In this document: positions 22,640 to 32,000 of the stretch, one piece after another
Layout of the letters: each line of letters opens with the position of its first letter
Position numbering within the stretch: the first letter of the stretch is position 1
Source of the DNA: Mycobacterium leprae TN
Lineage (GTDB): Bacteria > Actinomycetota > Actinomycetes > Mycobacteriales > Mycobacteriaceae
DNA length: 32,000 bases
Assembly (NCBI RefSeq): GCF_000195855.1
Contig: NC_002677.1
Location: 2,640,001-2,672,000, forward strand
Direction of reading: 5' to 3'
Program-made: the position numbers and the translations under genes
Notes under the pieces: model-generated
Databases searched by the model: none
What the model was told of the DNA's origin: nothing
What the model saw: only the letters and a program-made list of their open reading frames with translations

Positions 22640-23780
22640 CGGTATTGGACGGTGCTCAACGAAGACCTGACGATGGTGGCCACGGCGAGGGCGATGTTGC
22701 GCCATGTCCGATTTGGTCGTGACGATTCGAAGCTGACCACGCGGTCGTATACCCGGGTGCGATCGCATTGTTCCTGAGTTGGTGTGTCCGTACCGGCCAG
22801 AACTGGCATGGGGACGTGGGGGCACTGGGGTTGTTCATCACCTGGCTGCGGCATGTAGGACCGCAAGCCAGCGCCGCAGTTGTGGTGGATGGGCACGTAT
22901 TGGCTGTTCCGGGCGTCTAGCTGGTGCGTGGTACATGGCGGATCAACGGTGTGCTGACCGCCAGTGCAGGGGTTCGTCGCCCACGCGGTGACATCCGGAC
23001 AAGCGTCTGGCGAGTTGATGCCACTGATCTAAGAGCCGACTAACAAGTGTGATCTGCCTGAACAGACCTTCGGTGAGCAATATCGAATGGCCTGGCGGAC
23101 GCAGGCACGACATAGGTTGCACAAGCCAGAGGCGGCAGTGTACCATGCCAGTTACGCCGAGATGGTGACACTGTTCCGGGCCTCTGGGTCAGCTCGGGAT
23201 CGACTGATCGTGTTATTGATTTGAGTCAGGGCCGTTTTGCGCTGAACCCAGTTATATAGACTGCAGCACTCTGGATGTCCATCTGCTGACCGACTCAAAG
23301 CTGCTGGGCTGTGAGATGCTACGGTATACCTGAACGAGGCGGATCGTCAGAATCCGAACGGGGCGTGAACAAAGTCCCGTCGCCAGGACGTGTTACTGCT
23401 GGATTTTCCACTGGTACAGGTATTCGGCGTCTACAATTTCGAGCGGTTTGCGCTGTGACGATCGGACAAGTCGGAATTCTTGTTGGTCAACCTGTTTCGC
23501 CAAACCAATCGGGGCGCCGATGCGGCCTTGGATGCGATTAACAAATTGATGGCCGCATGCTCGCTTCAGGCAGGGATTGAGTGTGTGACACAGCATCGAC
23601 TGCTGCACGCGTTCGGGCAGCAACCTGAACGACGCGGGTGCCGTCCCGGGCGAGATCACCGCCCTGCGGGGGCATGTGTCGATGAGTTCGTTGCAGGTCT
23701 ATCTGCATCCCGACCCAGGCCGATTATGAGAAGTAGTCGAGCTGGTCCAACATCCGCGCAAATCGGCCCGGGGTAGACTG
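22640..23780 (+). pseudogene. Tyrosine recombinase/integrase A remnant
   Basis: YPGAIALFLSWCVRTGQNWHGDVGALGLFITWLRHVGPQAS, GGSTVC..VQGFVAHAVTSGQASGELMPLI*E, LVNLFRQPIGAPMR, INKLMAACSLQAGIECVTQHRLLHAFG, and the box-II-like end ALRGHVSMSSLQVYLHPDPGRL, spread over three frames with stops. Confidence 0.78.
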
Positions 23781-24399
23781 GTAAACACCGCACAAGCTAG
23801 CTAAGTAGGCCGCCCGAGCGGACCGACATAGCTACATGTGTTCGTCAGCGAGCGCGTCAACCGGCACGCCGCGGTGATTGAACCTGCCTTCTTGGCGAGG
23901 CCGAGCGGGACCCACGACGACGTGTGCTGTCGTTCAGCACCCCAGGTAGTCCGCTGCTGGGCTGACCTGTGTGTAGGTTGCGGACTGTTCGACGACCGCA
24001 CGGGCAGCGTCGAGGATCTGCGCCTAATGTAAGCGTCGACTCACCGAACACGAGTTGTGTAAACACGAGATCGTTTCACTGCCATCGCAGAGTCGCCAAC
24101 GGTCGGTCCGCGAACCCGACACCTGCATCATTGAAGGCTTCACGCAGGAATGAAGCTTGGCGCAGTCGGGCCTGTACTCGGCTCACGCCGAGCAGCAACC
24201 GTGCGTTTCCGGGCGTCGACGTCGAGCAGTTCTTCACCCATCGTCAGGGGAAACAGTTGAGTCGCTGGCTTTGTGCGCGGTCTCCGCGTGCACCCACCAA
24301 AGCCGCCATCACGACAGTCGCTACTGCGATGCGCACCGGCACTGGCCTGGGTGGTGTGCGGCCACCACATCGGGTTGCCTGACACGACTATAGGAGTCA

Positions 24400-25670
24400 C
24401 TGCGGATGCGTAAAGACCGCGGCACACACCCGGCGGTGTTGGGGCGAGCCGATACGGAAGCGTTCCTGCACCGGCTGGCCTACCTGGAATCGGCTGGGCC
24501 GATTAGCGGCGAGACCCGGAAGTCCGCACCGTGCTCACACGCATCTCCGCCATAGGACTGACCCGTCCCGGCGGGCGCGCCACCGGAACGGGTCAGAACT
24601 GCACAATAACCACGACTAGCAAACTGAGGACGTCCCCAGAAATCATGTATCAGCTCTGCACACACCTAAATCAGCTAACCTCTCCAGAGATACATACCGC
24701 CATTGAACTGGCCATCGATCCCAGATAACGCCTGAAGAAATCTGCGAACTAGACTACGACTGCCTGACCCGAGCCGATGACGGACTTCCCGTACTGATCT
24801 ACGACAGCCACAAGGCCAAACGACCCGCACGCCGCCTTCCCATCAACAAGCAAATCGCCGCCGTGATTCTCATTTAGAGAAGCGGGTACGGACTGTCTAC
24901 CCTAAAATCGTAATCGGCAAGCTCAAACTACTGCCCACCAACCAGCGAATCCCGGCGGGCACCGGGCGATCACCGCCTTCAGCTTGGCGTTCGCCCCACC
25001 GAACAGATCGACCAAATGCCGTTGCTGCACATCGGTGCCTGCATCGAATACGACAAAGTCAAGATACTGCTCTCCACCTACCGATACAGCTACGCCCAAC
25101 GCCACGCCGAAGCCGACGTTCCCGTCGAAGTGCTGGGCGAACCAATGTCGCACCGCAAACTTGACACCGTCAAGTCGTCGACCACGCCACTGCATTGTAG
25201 TTCGACCGACACAGCAACCGCATATGGCGCCAGTCCACACCTTGTTGGATTCCTAGCACGCCCACCGCGCCGTCGACAAAGTAGCCGTCCCATTCAGCCT
25301 CTAACACCGAACCGTCCAACGTTAAGGACGGACCCATTCCGGTTCCGCTGCGCCGGTCGTGACTACTTCCGCACCGACGTCTCCTACCTGCCCGACCTAC
25401 ACTCCTAACGCTATGATCTGCTGCACAGCCACGAACTCCTGCGCCACCATCGACCTCGATGACTGGACACGTACCGACGGGGTGCCATCAGACGAAGAGG
25501 TCCGCCGTCTGATCGACTAGATCCGAAACTGGCTTGGCGAGTTCGAACATGGACAGCGATAACAACTTGAACAAGCCGTCACCGTCGTGTACCGCCACCG
25601 CAGCATCATGCGCGGCAGACCTGGTTACCCGCCAACCATTCCCAACCTGCGCCCGGAAAGAACCACATGA
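24400..25670 (+). pseudogene. Tyrosine recombinase B remnant (TnpB-like of Tn554-type modules)
   Basis: FLHRLAYLESAGPISGETRKS, ISAIGLTRPG, TSPEIMYQLCTHLNQLTSPEIHTAIELAID, PEEICELDYDCLTRADDGLPVLIYDSHKAKRPARRLPI, IGKLKLLPTNQR, YRYSYAQRHAEADVPVEVLGEPMSHRKLDT, PFRFRCAGRDYFRTDVSYLPDLHS, and C-terminal ...NLRPERTT*. The 5' end probably extends upstream towards 23.8 kb. Confidence 0.78.
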
Positions 25671-26220
25671 CGACCAACACCACACCCTACCGACGACACG
25701 ATGATCGACGGCCTACACAGATGCCAACCACATTCTAGCCGTGCTGGACAACGCCGTCAAAGACGGCGTAGAACTCAACGTTACCGGCATTGCTCGACGT
25801 GCCGGGGTCGACCGCACATTCCTCTACTGCCACCGCTACCTGCTCTAACGAATCCACGTCACAGAAACCCGGCCAACTACCAAACCCGACATCAACCCTG
25901 GGTTTACCCGCTCTTTACGGCAAACCGACCTGCTCGTCACCCAGCAGCGCTGCACACGCATGGCCGCAAGCACCCAACAACTCGAGACCCACGCCTACCC
26001 GAAATTCTCGGCGAACACGCCTGGCGCGCAACCGGACTGGGCTCACCCATCGACATCGACGAATTCAGCAACGCATTGTCACTCTCGAACAACAAATCGT
26101 CGAGCTACGGCCGCAACTCTAAAGAACGCGACTAAGACCTCGCCGCTGCCCGCACCGCCAACCGCGAAACCATATGGACCAGCTCAACGTCTCCCAGCCG
26201 ACCGACTGAAAACAAATGCT
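25667..26220 (+). pseudogene. Small DUF6262/TnpC-like accessory protein remnant
   Basis: Starts ATGACGACCAACACC overlapping the upstream TGA. Contains VLDNAVKDGVELNVTGIARRAGVDRTFLYCH (HTH-like) and, after frameshifts, FSNALSLSNNKSSSYGR / QQRIVTLEQQIVELRPQL (coiled-coil). Confidence 0.6.
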
Positions 26221-29200
26221 TACACCACACCTGTTGCCGCACCATATCCATCAACAGCCAACCACGCGAACGGCGGAAACACAGTTACACTACGGCAGTC
26301 TTACACCGGACCGTCGAGAAACACCGGCACAGCATCCTCGACTACGTCCCACCTGAGGAATACGAAAACGCCCACTAACAGTCACGTGCGCTCGTTCCCT
26401 ATAGGCGATATATCTCAAGCAGGAAGCCGGCTACGAACCAAGAAAGATTCAACCTGATTCAGAAACCGGGCTGGACTACTACGACGGGGTCACCTCAATA
26501 TTTCAAAGCAGACCAGCGGTATCGCACTACTCGCCGATCAGAAAACCATCTTCGAACAAGATCAAACAATCAAATCGCTAGCTCGCTCGCCACGATATAT
26601 GGATCCCAACCAACTCAGGATCAGCCTGCTGTTCCTTCCGCGAAGACATGACCACCAACGCAGCACACAGCGTTATCTTATACAAACGCATCGCTTTGAC
26701 GTCCTAGGCACAGAACCTCTCATATTCGCTATCGAATGCCGCGATCACCTCATCGTGTCCCTCTAACCCAGAAATCAAAGTCTCCCGCTGAGCACGGTTA
26801 TCGGCAATCTCTCCTGGCGACTTCATTCCACACAATGCTTCTGGAATAGCCCCGCGCGATGTCATGGATCTTAAAGGACGGTCTTCCCAGGCTCTAGCAA
26901 GAAGGCATCGAGCCACCGGCTGAAAATTCTCGGCTGTCTCGGCCATCCATATCGCCGATTGACCTGACCACTGCTCTTGCAGCGCCTGATCCACTCCTTC
27001 AACAACTCAAATGTGAAAGACATTTGATAAGCCAACACCTCGAAACGGTCGATGAAGTATCATAGTTCCCTAGAACCAGCGCAGTTACATAATGCTACTA
27101 GAGTTAATCTAGTAGCATTAGATTAACGTATGGCAAACTCATAACTAAGGAAGTCAAACAGGTGGCCGGAGTTGATCTTCAGTGATATTTTCTATCAGGC
27201 ATCTCTTCATTCCCTTCGGCTGTTAACGACTGCCGGCACTCGTATCGATGTTTGCGATGCCGGTATCATCTTCAGTTACATCAGTGGACGTTTTGGGTCT
27301 TGTGGTTCTCGGGTCCTCATACGCCTCGACCCTAAGGAGCAAATTTAAGTCGCTACAGGTCAAGAATCTTCGAGATCTGAGAGGATTCTGTTGGGTGAAG
27401 TGCTCGTGGAGGCTGCTCGCCACCAACTTCGACACACAGTCGTTAGCCAGGAGCACTAAACCTATGATTGCCGTATCCTTGATTTCACGCATTTCTTCAC
27501 TGAAGTTCTTCAAGTCAAAGGCTGATTGACACAACGCCGAGGTGTTTACGACCACAAAAGACATACTAACTCTGCTTCTCTTAAGGAAAACCCTGCAATG
27601 CGTCATTTTTCTCTACATCAGCCACCCTCGGGGTTCTGAACTAGACGCCATTTGGGCGATTCAGTCATTGTGCCTTGCGGCTTTTTCTGCATGCCGTGAA
27701 TCTAGATCGTTTTTGCCCCATTAGATTCCTGCCAATGGATGATTAGCAGGTGGAACAGCTCTCCGCTCAACGTAGGACACGAGTGGGTAACCACCATCCT
27801 GTCCATTTATCGCTGGAAAGCTGTAAACATGTTCACCTGGAGCGTTCTCGATAGATAAAGATAGATGGTCTTCGAATCCGGAAGTGCCAACTTTCAGCAC
27901 GACCAATACGTCACCTAACGTTCCACCATAAGCAGATATACCGAACTGATCCAGCACCTGTGGTCCCAAGCCACTCAGGCAAACCACCATACTGCTTAGC
28001 GACATAGGACCCGCGCCCAGTTAGCACACTTATCGCTGCAGAGGTTCTTCATCACAAGCTAGCATTGGAGCATCGAATTGCAATGTTAACACTGCCTTTT
28101 CGGCTAAACCCGGAAGTGCGCGCACGGTCGGCTCCGGCCACGCGAATCCGGCTTTGGCTTCGTAGAGTGCGATATCGGTGGGCTGGGGACTGAAGTGCGA
28201 GAATTGGGTTATAAGCTCGGCGATGTCGAGCACCTAGTGCGGCAGATCCCATTGGGGACTGGAGCGCATGCTGCCAGGCACGGTGCAGCGACTTGGTGGT
28301 CCCCCGGTAAGTTGGTAGACGTCGCGCTGAGCGTCAGCGGCCAGCTTCTAGCACAACTCATAATAACAGCGGAACATAACCGGAGGCTTCGAAATAGAAC
28401 TGGCGAATGATCCGCAATTTCGTCATGGCTGGAGCCCTTGTCTTGGGTAAGCTCGTATTACTCCAAGCCAGCACCCGACATCCCCCGGAACATCAGATGA
28501 TAGGCGGCGGCGCTTACCGTACCACCCAAGCCGAGCCGTATTCACCGCCACCACGGCGCCTCCTTCACCGGCACGGTACGCATTGAACCGGGCACCTTGC
28601 GATCGGGATCGCCGTTGTACTTGCAATCGACGCGCACGATACCGTTCAAAGTATAGTGTAGTGCGCCGGGCTAATCTGTAGCTACGACACTAGACACGCA
28701 AGACAACATTCACTAAAAAGAATACACTAAATACTAAATTGAACCACTTGGTGCATACATCGCCGAAATCGTCATGAGTTCGACTATACAGTTTCTCTAT
28801 TGCAAGTCGGGCAACGAAACCGAGAAGGTCCGGTAACTGATCCCCACACGGGCCCGAAAGTACACCGCTCGGTTAAAAAGATCCGATGCGCATCCCTGAA
28901 GGGGAGCATGCTCAATTGAAGCAGCGGACCTGCCGGCTCGTTCGGCACCACAGCAATCACCGGATTTATCATGACGGCCGTGCTGATGGGCTACGCAGCA
29001 GCATACTCACCAGTAACCGAGGTTATGTTGGTCGACACGACCGAACGCATGTGAGACGCGAATGCGATGTGCCCCGCCGATTCAGCACACTATAGCGAAG
29101 ATCAAGCCAACGCCTAGTAGCAGGTCGTCGATGACTAGATCGCGAAGCAAAAGGGGCGTACGCCGGAAGTACCATCCAACCCCCAGTCCGTGACCTGGGA

Positions 29201-29537
29201 TCCGCCCAGCTTTACGCCAAACGTGGGAGGATTGGCGTCGTGAATGACGCTGATCCACAACTGGGCTACCACTTCCGCGCCGACTGGATAACCGGCCCCT
29301 GGCACATCGAATACCTGTACTGTCGAGGACCCCTTACGCCAACACCGGCTTTGCTAACTGTGACAGATGTTGCGTACCTGGCGGCCACGCTCGGTGGTGA
29401 GCCGAAAAGTGAAGTAATAAGTAATATAGTGATCCCGGAGTGCACCTCTCGTTGGTGATTTTCGAATTTCGTCAAGTCCAGGTTGATCTCGACAGTATTC
29501 AGAGCGGTCCTGGCGGCATCAGTGCCGATGTAGGTCC

Positions 29538-29575
29538 GGACGTGCCACCTTAATTGGGACGTGCCACCTTAATTG
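29538..29575. repeat. Perfect 19-bp tandem duplication (GGACGTGCCACCTTAATTG x2)
   Basis: Read directly: 29538-29556 and 29557-29575 are identical. Confidence 0.9.
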
Positions 29576-30321
29576 GTCTGTCAGTCGCCTTGGATGGCAG
29601 CAATCAACAAATCATCGGCGCCCTGCTGTGGACCCAGTTGGATGAATGATGAATTTCGTGCCGTTGTTAATGATGTGATAAGTAAGCTCCGCAGTCTGCG
29701 AATCCATGCTCGGCCGCAATGGCTAAGTGAATCAAACAGCCAGCCGCAACACTACATACCTCATACCTCGCAGATGCGTGACATCGACCGAGGACACTGT
29801 CATAGAAGATGGCGATGTTGACCCAGACCGCACCTGGCAGAGGAGTTTGCTCAGCAGCCGTGACCGATCAGTTCGCGACGACTTCATACAGACCTAGAAA
29901 CCCACGATCCGCCAACAAGGCGATCGGAATGACCAATCGCAGCCCCGCCGGTGTCCTGTCCCACACCCGCCGGAAACCGTGCACCACAGCCGGCGACGGT
30001 GGTACTGGGCTACCTAGCGAGCACGAGTTGAGGTCGATCAAGTTAGACACCTACTCCTACTATGGTCAGGCCCAAGACCCCGGGGGGTCGTACAAACGCT
30101 ACGGGGCTTTAGTCAAGCTATACTGGTAACGGGCCAGATACAGACAGGAATTTCGCCGCATCCGGTCAGGTGATTCTGCCCACATCGACCTTCGAGAGAG
30201 CCCATTCGATTGGGGGCTTCACAGCAAGCTACCGCATACTTGATGCCATGCTGTCTGCGACATCACCGCAAACCGTTTATACGGTGCTAAGTGGTGCGCT
30301 CGTAATGAGTCGAGGTTTCTG

Positions 30322-31872
30322 ATGGCGCGTTCCCACAATCCTCGGCACCGGCATCGCGCCATTCATAAGCCGTCGCGAATCCGCATAGCGCTGACTCGGA
30401 GCTTCATGACGCTCACATCGTTCGTCGCAGTGCTGCTGACTGGAGCCGGCTATTGGGTAGCCCACCGTGCGCTAGAAGACATCACCGTTTCGCAAGCTCT
30501 CACCACGGACGATCCGCGATCCACCGATAACAACATAAACATCTTGCTCATAGGCTTAGACTCACGCAAAGACCAGCAGGGTAATGATCTACCTTGGTCG
30601 ATCCTGAAGCAGCTGCACGCTGGCGATTCCAACGACGGGGGCTACAACACCAACACCCTGATATTGGTGCACGTCGGTGCCGACAACAAAGCAGTCGCAT
30701 TTTCGATCCCCCGCGATGATTGGGTGCCCTTCAGCGACGTCCCCGGATACAATCACATCAAGATCAAAGAGGCCTACGGGCTGACCAAGCAATATGTCAC
30801 CCAGAAACTCATCGACCAGGGTGTCACGGATCAGAAAGAGCTGGAGACACAGGGGCGCGAAGCCGGCCGGGCAGCAACCTTGCGCATAGTGCGAAGCCTG
30901 ACCGGCGTGTCGATCGACTATTTCGCCGAGGTCAATTTAGCCGGTTTCTATGATCTGACCCACACCTTGGGTGGTGTTGAAGTGTGCCTCAATCACGCCG
31001 TCTACGACTCATATTCCGGTGCCGACTTCCCAGCCGGGCGACAACGACTGGATGCTTCAGAAGCACTCGCGTTTGTCCGGCAGCGTCATGGCCTCGACAA
31101 TGGGGACCTTGACCGCACCCATCGACAGCAGGCATTCATATCCTCAGTCATGCGGGAGCTTGGGGACACCGGCACCTTCACCAACCTAGACAAGCTCAGG
31201 AGCTTGATGGCGGTGGCGCGCAAAGATGTCGTGTTATCGGCAGGTTGGAACGAAGACTTGATCCAACGATTAGGAACGCTCGCGAACGACGTAGGAGAAA
31301 ACCGTACCCAATTCCGGACGCTGCCGGTAGTACGCTATGATAACATCAATGGGCAAGCCGTTAACATTATTGACCCGGTCGCTATCAAAGCTGAGGTAGC
31401 GTCGACGATCGGCACCGCCTCACCCGCAACAGCAACTCCCAGCAAGCCAAATCCGTCCACTGTCGTCGACGTGATAAATGCCGGAAGATTGACCGGACTC
31501 GCCAGCGAGGTATTCCAAACGCTGAAAAAGCACGGCTACACTGCAGGTCAGGTCCGCGACCGCAGCTCAGGCGAGCCGACTACCACCTCGATCCAATACG
31601 GCGCCGGAGCAGACACTGATGCCCAGAACGTGGCCACCCTGCTCAGCATTGACGCCCCTAATCAAGCGGATCCTAAGTTGGCATCCGGACACATCCGAGT
31701 GATCGTTGACACCAATTATTCGTTGCCCGCCGACGAGGACAGCACAATGGACGAAACCATCACTTCTCAGAAGGTCGGAACATATCCTCCGTACAGCTAC
31801 AACACCAGCCCTTACCCTACGCCCGACCAAGGGAAACCTATCGACGGCGGTGGCATCCCCTGCGTCAACTAG
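30322..31872 (+). CDS. LytR-CpsA-Psr (LCP) family protein, CpsA-like (Rv3484-like)
   Basis: 516-aa ORF: N-terminal TM helix (FMTLTSFVAVLLTGAGYWVA), LCP motifs NILLIGLDSR, DGGYNTNTLILVHV, AVAFSIPRDDWV, VNLAGFYDLTHTLGGVEVCLN, FVRQRHGLDNGDLDRTHRQQAFI, then a C-terminal LytR_C-like domain. Confidence 0.95.
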   Translation: MARSHNPRHRHRAIHKPSRIRIALTRSFMTLTSFVAVLLTGAGYWVAHRALEDITVSQALTTDDPRSTDNNINILLIGLDSRKDQQGNDLPWSILKQLHAGDSNDGGYNTNTLILVHVGADNKAVAFSIPRDDWVPFSDVPGYNHIKIKEAYGLTKQYVTQKLIDQGVTDQKELETQGREAGRAATLRIVRSLTGVSIDYFAEVNLAGFYDLTHTLGGVEVCLNHAVYDSYSGADFPAGRQRLDASEALAFVRQRHGLDNGDLDRTHRQQAFISSVMRELGDTGTFTNLDKLRSLMAVARKDVVLSAGWNEDLIQRLGTLANDVGENRTQFRTLPVVRYDNINGQAVNIIDPVAIKAEVASTIGTASPATATPSKPNPSTVVDVINAGRLTGLASEVFQTLKKHGYTAGQVRDRSSGEPTTTSIQYGAGADTDAQNVATLLSIDAPNQADPKLASGHIRVIVDTNYSLPADEDSTMDETITSQKVGTYPPYSYNTSPYPTPDQGKPIDGGGIPCVN

Positions 31873-32000
31873 TGGCGATCGCAAACACGGCGACGCCGAG
31901 CGTTAGGATCGCCACTAATCAGACTACTAGGCGTAGGTACCTCGTCGATGTGAATTTCAGTGCCGGTGATGAACGTGCCTCCTAGGACGTCCTAGGACAC

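Larger units (their letters stand above)
22600..26220 (+). mobile_element. Degenerate Tn554-like element: two consecutive tyrosine recombinases plus a small DUF6262/TnpC-like gene
   Basis: Three co-oriented decayed genes in the order recombinase A, recombinase B, small accessory protein. The ATGA overlap between the last two is still visible at 25667-25670. Boundaries approximate. Confidence 0.7.

Noticed and set aside
30450-30792. - strand ORFs in the LCP gene
   Set aside because: Antisense to the LCP-family coding sequence.
1-32000. CRISPR array or defence system
   Set aside because: No regularly spaced direct repeats and no Cas, restriction-modification, TA or other defence-gene motifs that I could support.
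1-32000. RLEP/REPLEP/LEPREP-type dispersed repeat
   Set aside because: I cannot recall the consensus sequences reliably enough to match by eye. A BLASTN search against these repeats would decide.

Overview
This 32 kb window looks like chromosome from a leprosy-bacillus-like mycobacterium (M. leprae / M. lepromatosis / M. uberis type). A few full-length genes sit in a sea of pseudogenes. Intact-looking genes are oligopeptidase B (ptrB), purC, a transmembrane protein (Rv0779c-like), purB, purD, a HIT-family protein, a small trypsin-like secreted protease, a LytR-CpsA-Psr protein, and a tRNA-Thr(TGT). By recalled protein motifs (no alignment was run), ~0.3-19 kb is an inverted, decayed copy of the M. 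tuberculosis Rv0783c-Rv0757 neighbourhood: emrB, ptrB, purC, Rv0779c, cyp126, purB, Rv0776c/DUF429, Rv0775 TetR, Rv0774c esterase, ggt, purD, HIT, phoR, phoP. From ~19 to 30 kb synteny is lost. That stretch holds the tRNA, the protease, an IS3-type transposase remnant, and a ~3.6 kb decayed Tn554-like element: two successive tyrosine recombinases plus a small DUF6262/TnpC-like ORF. It is followed by an unassigned region and the CpsA-like gene. The element is the nearest thing to an unusual system here, but it is degenerate. I see no convincing intact novel defence or biosynthetic system. All homology calls come from sequence motifs recalled without a database search.
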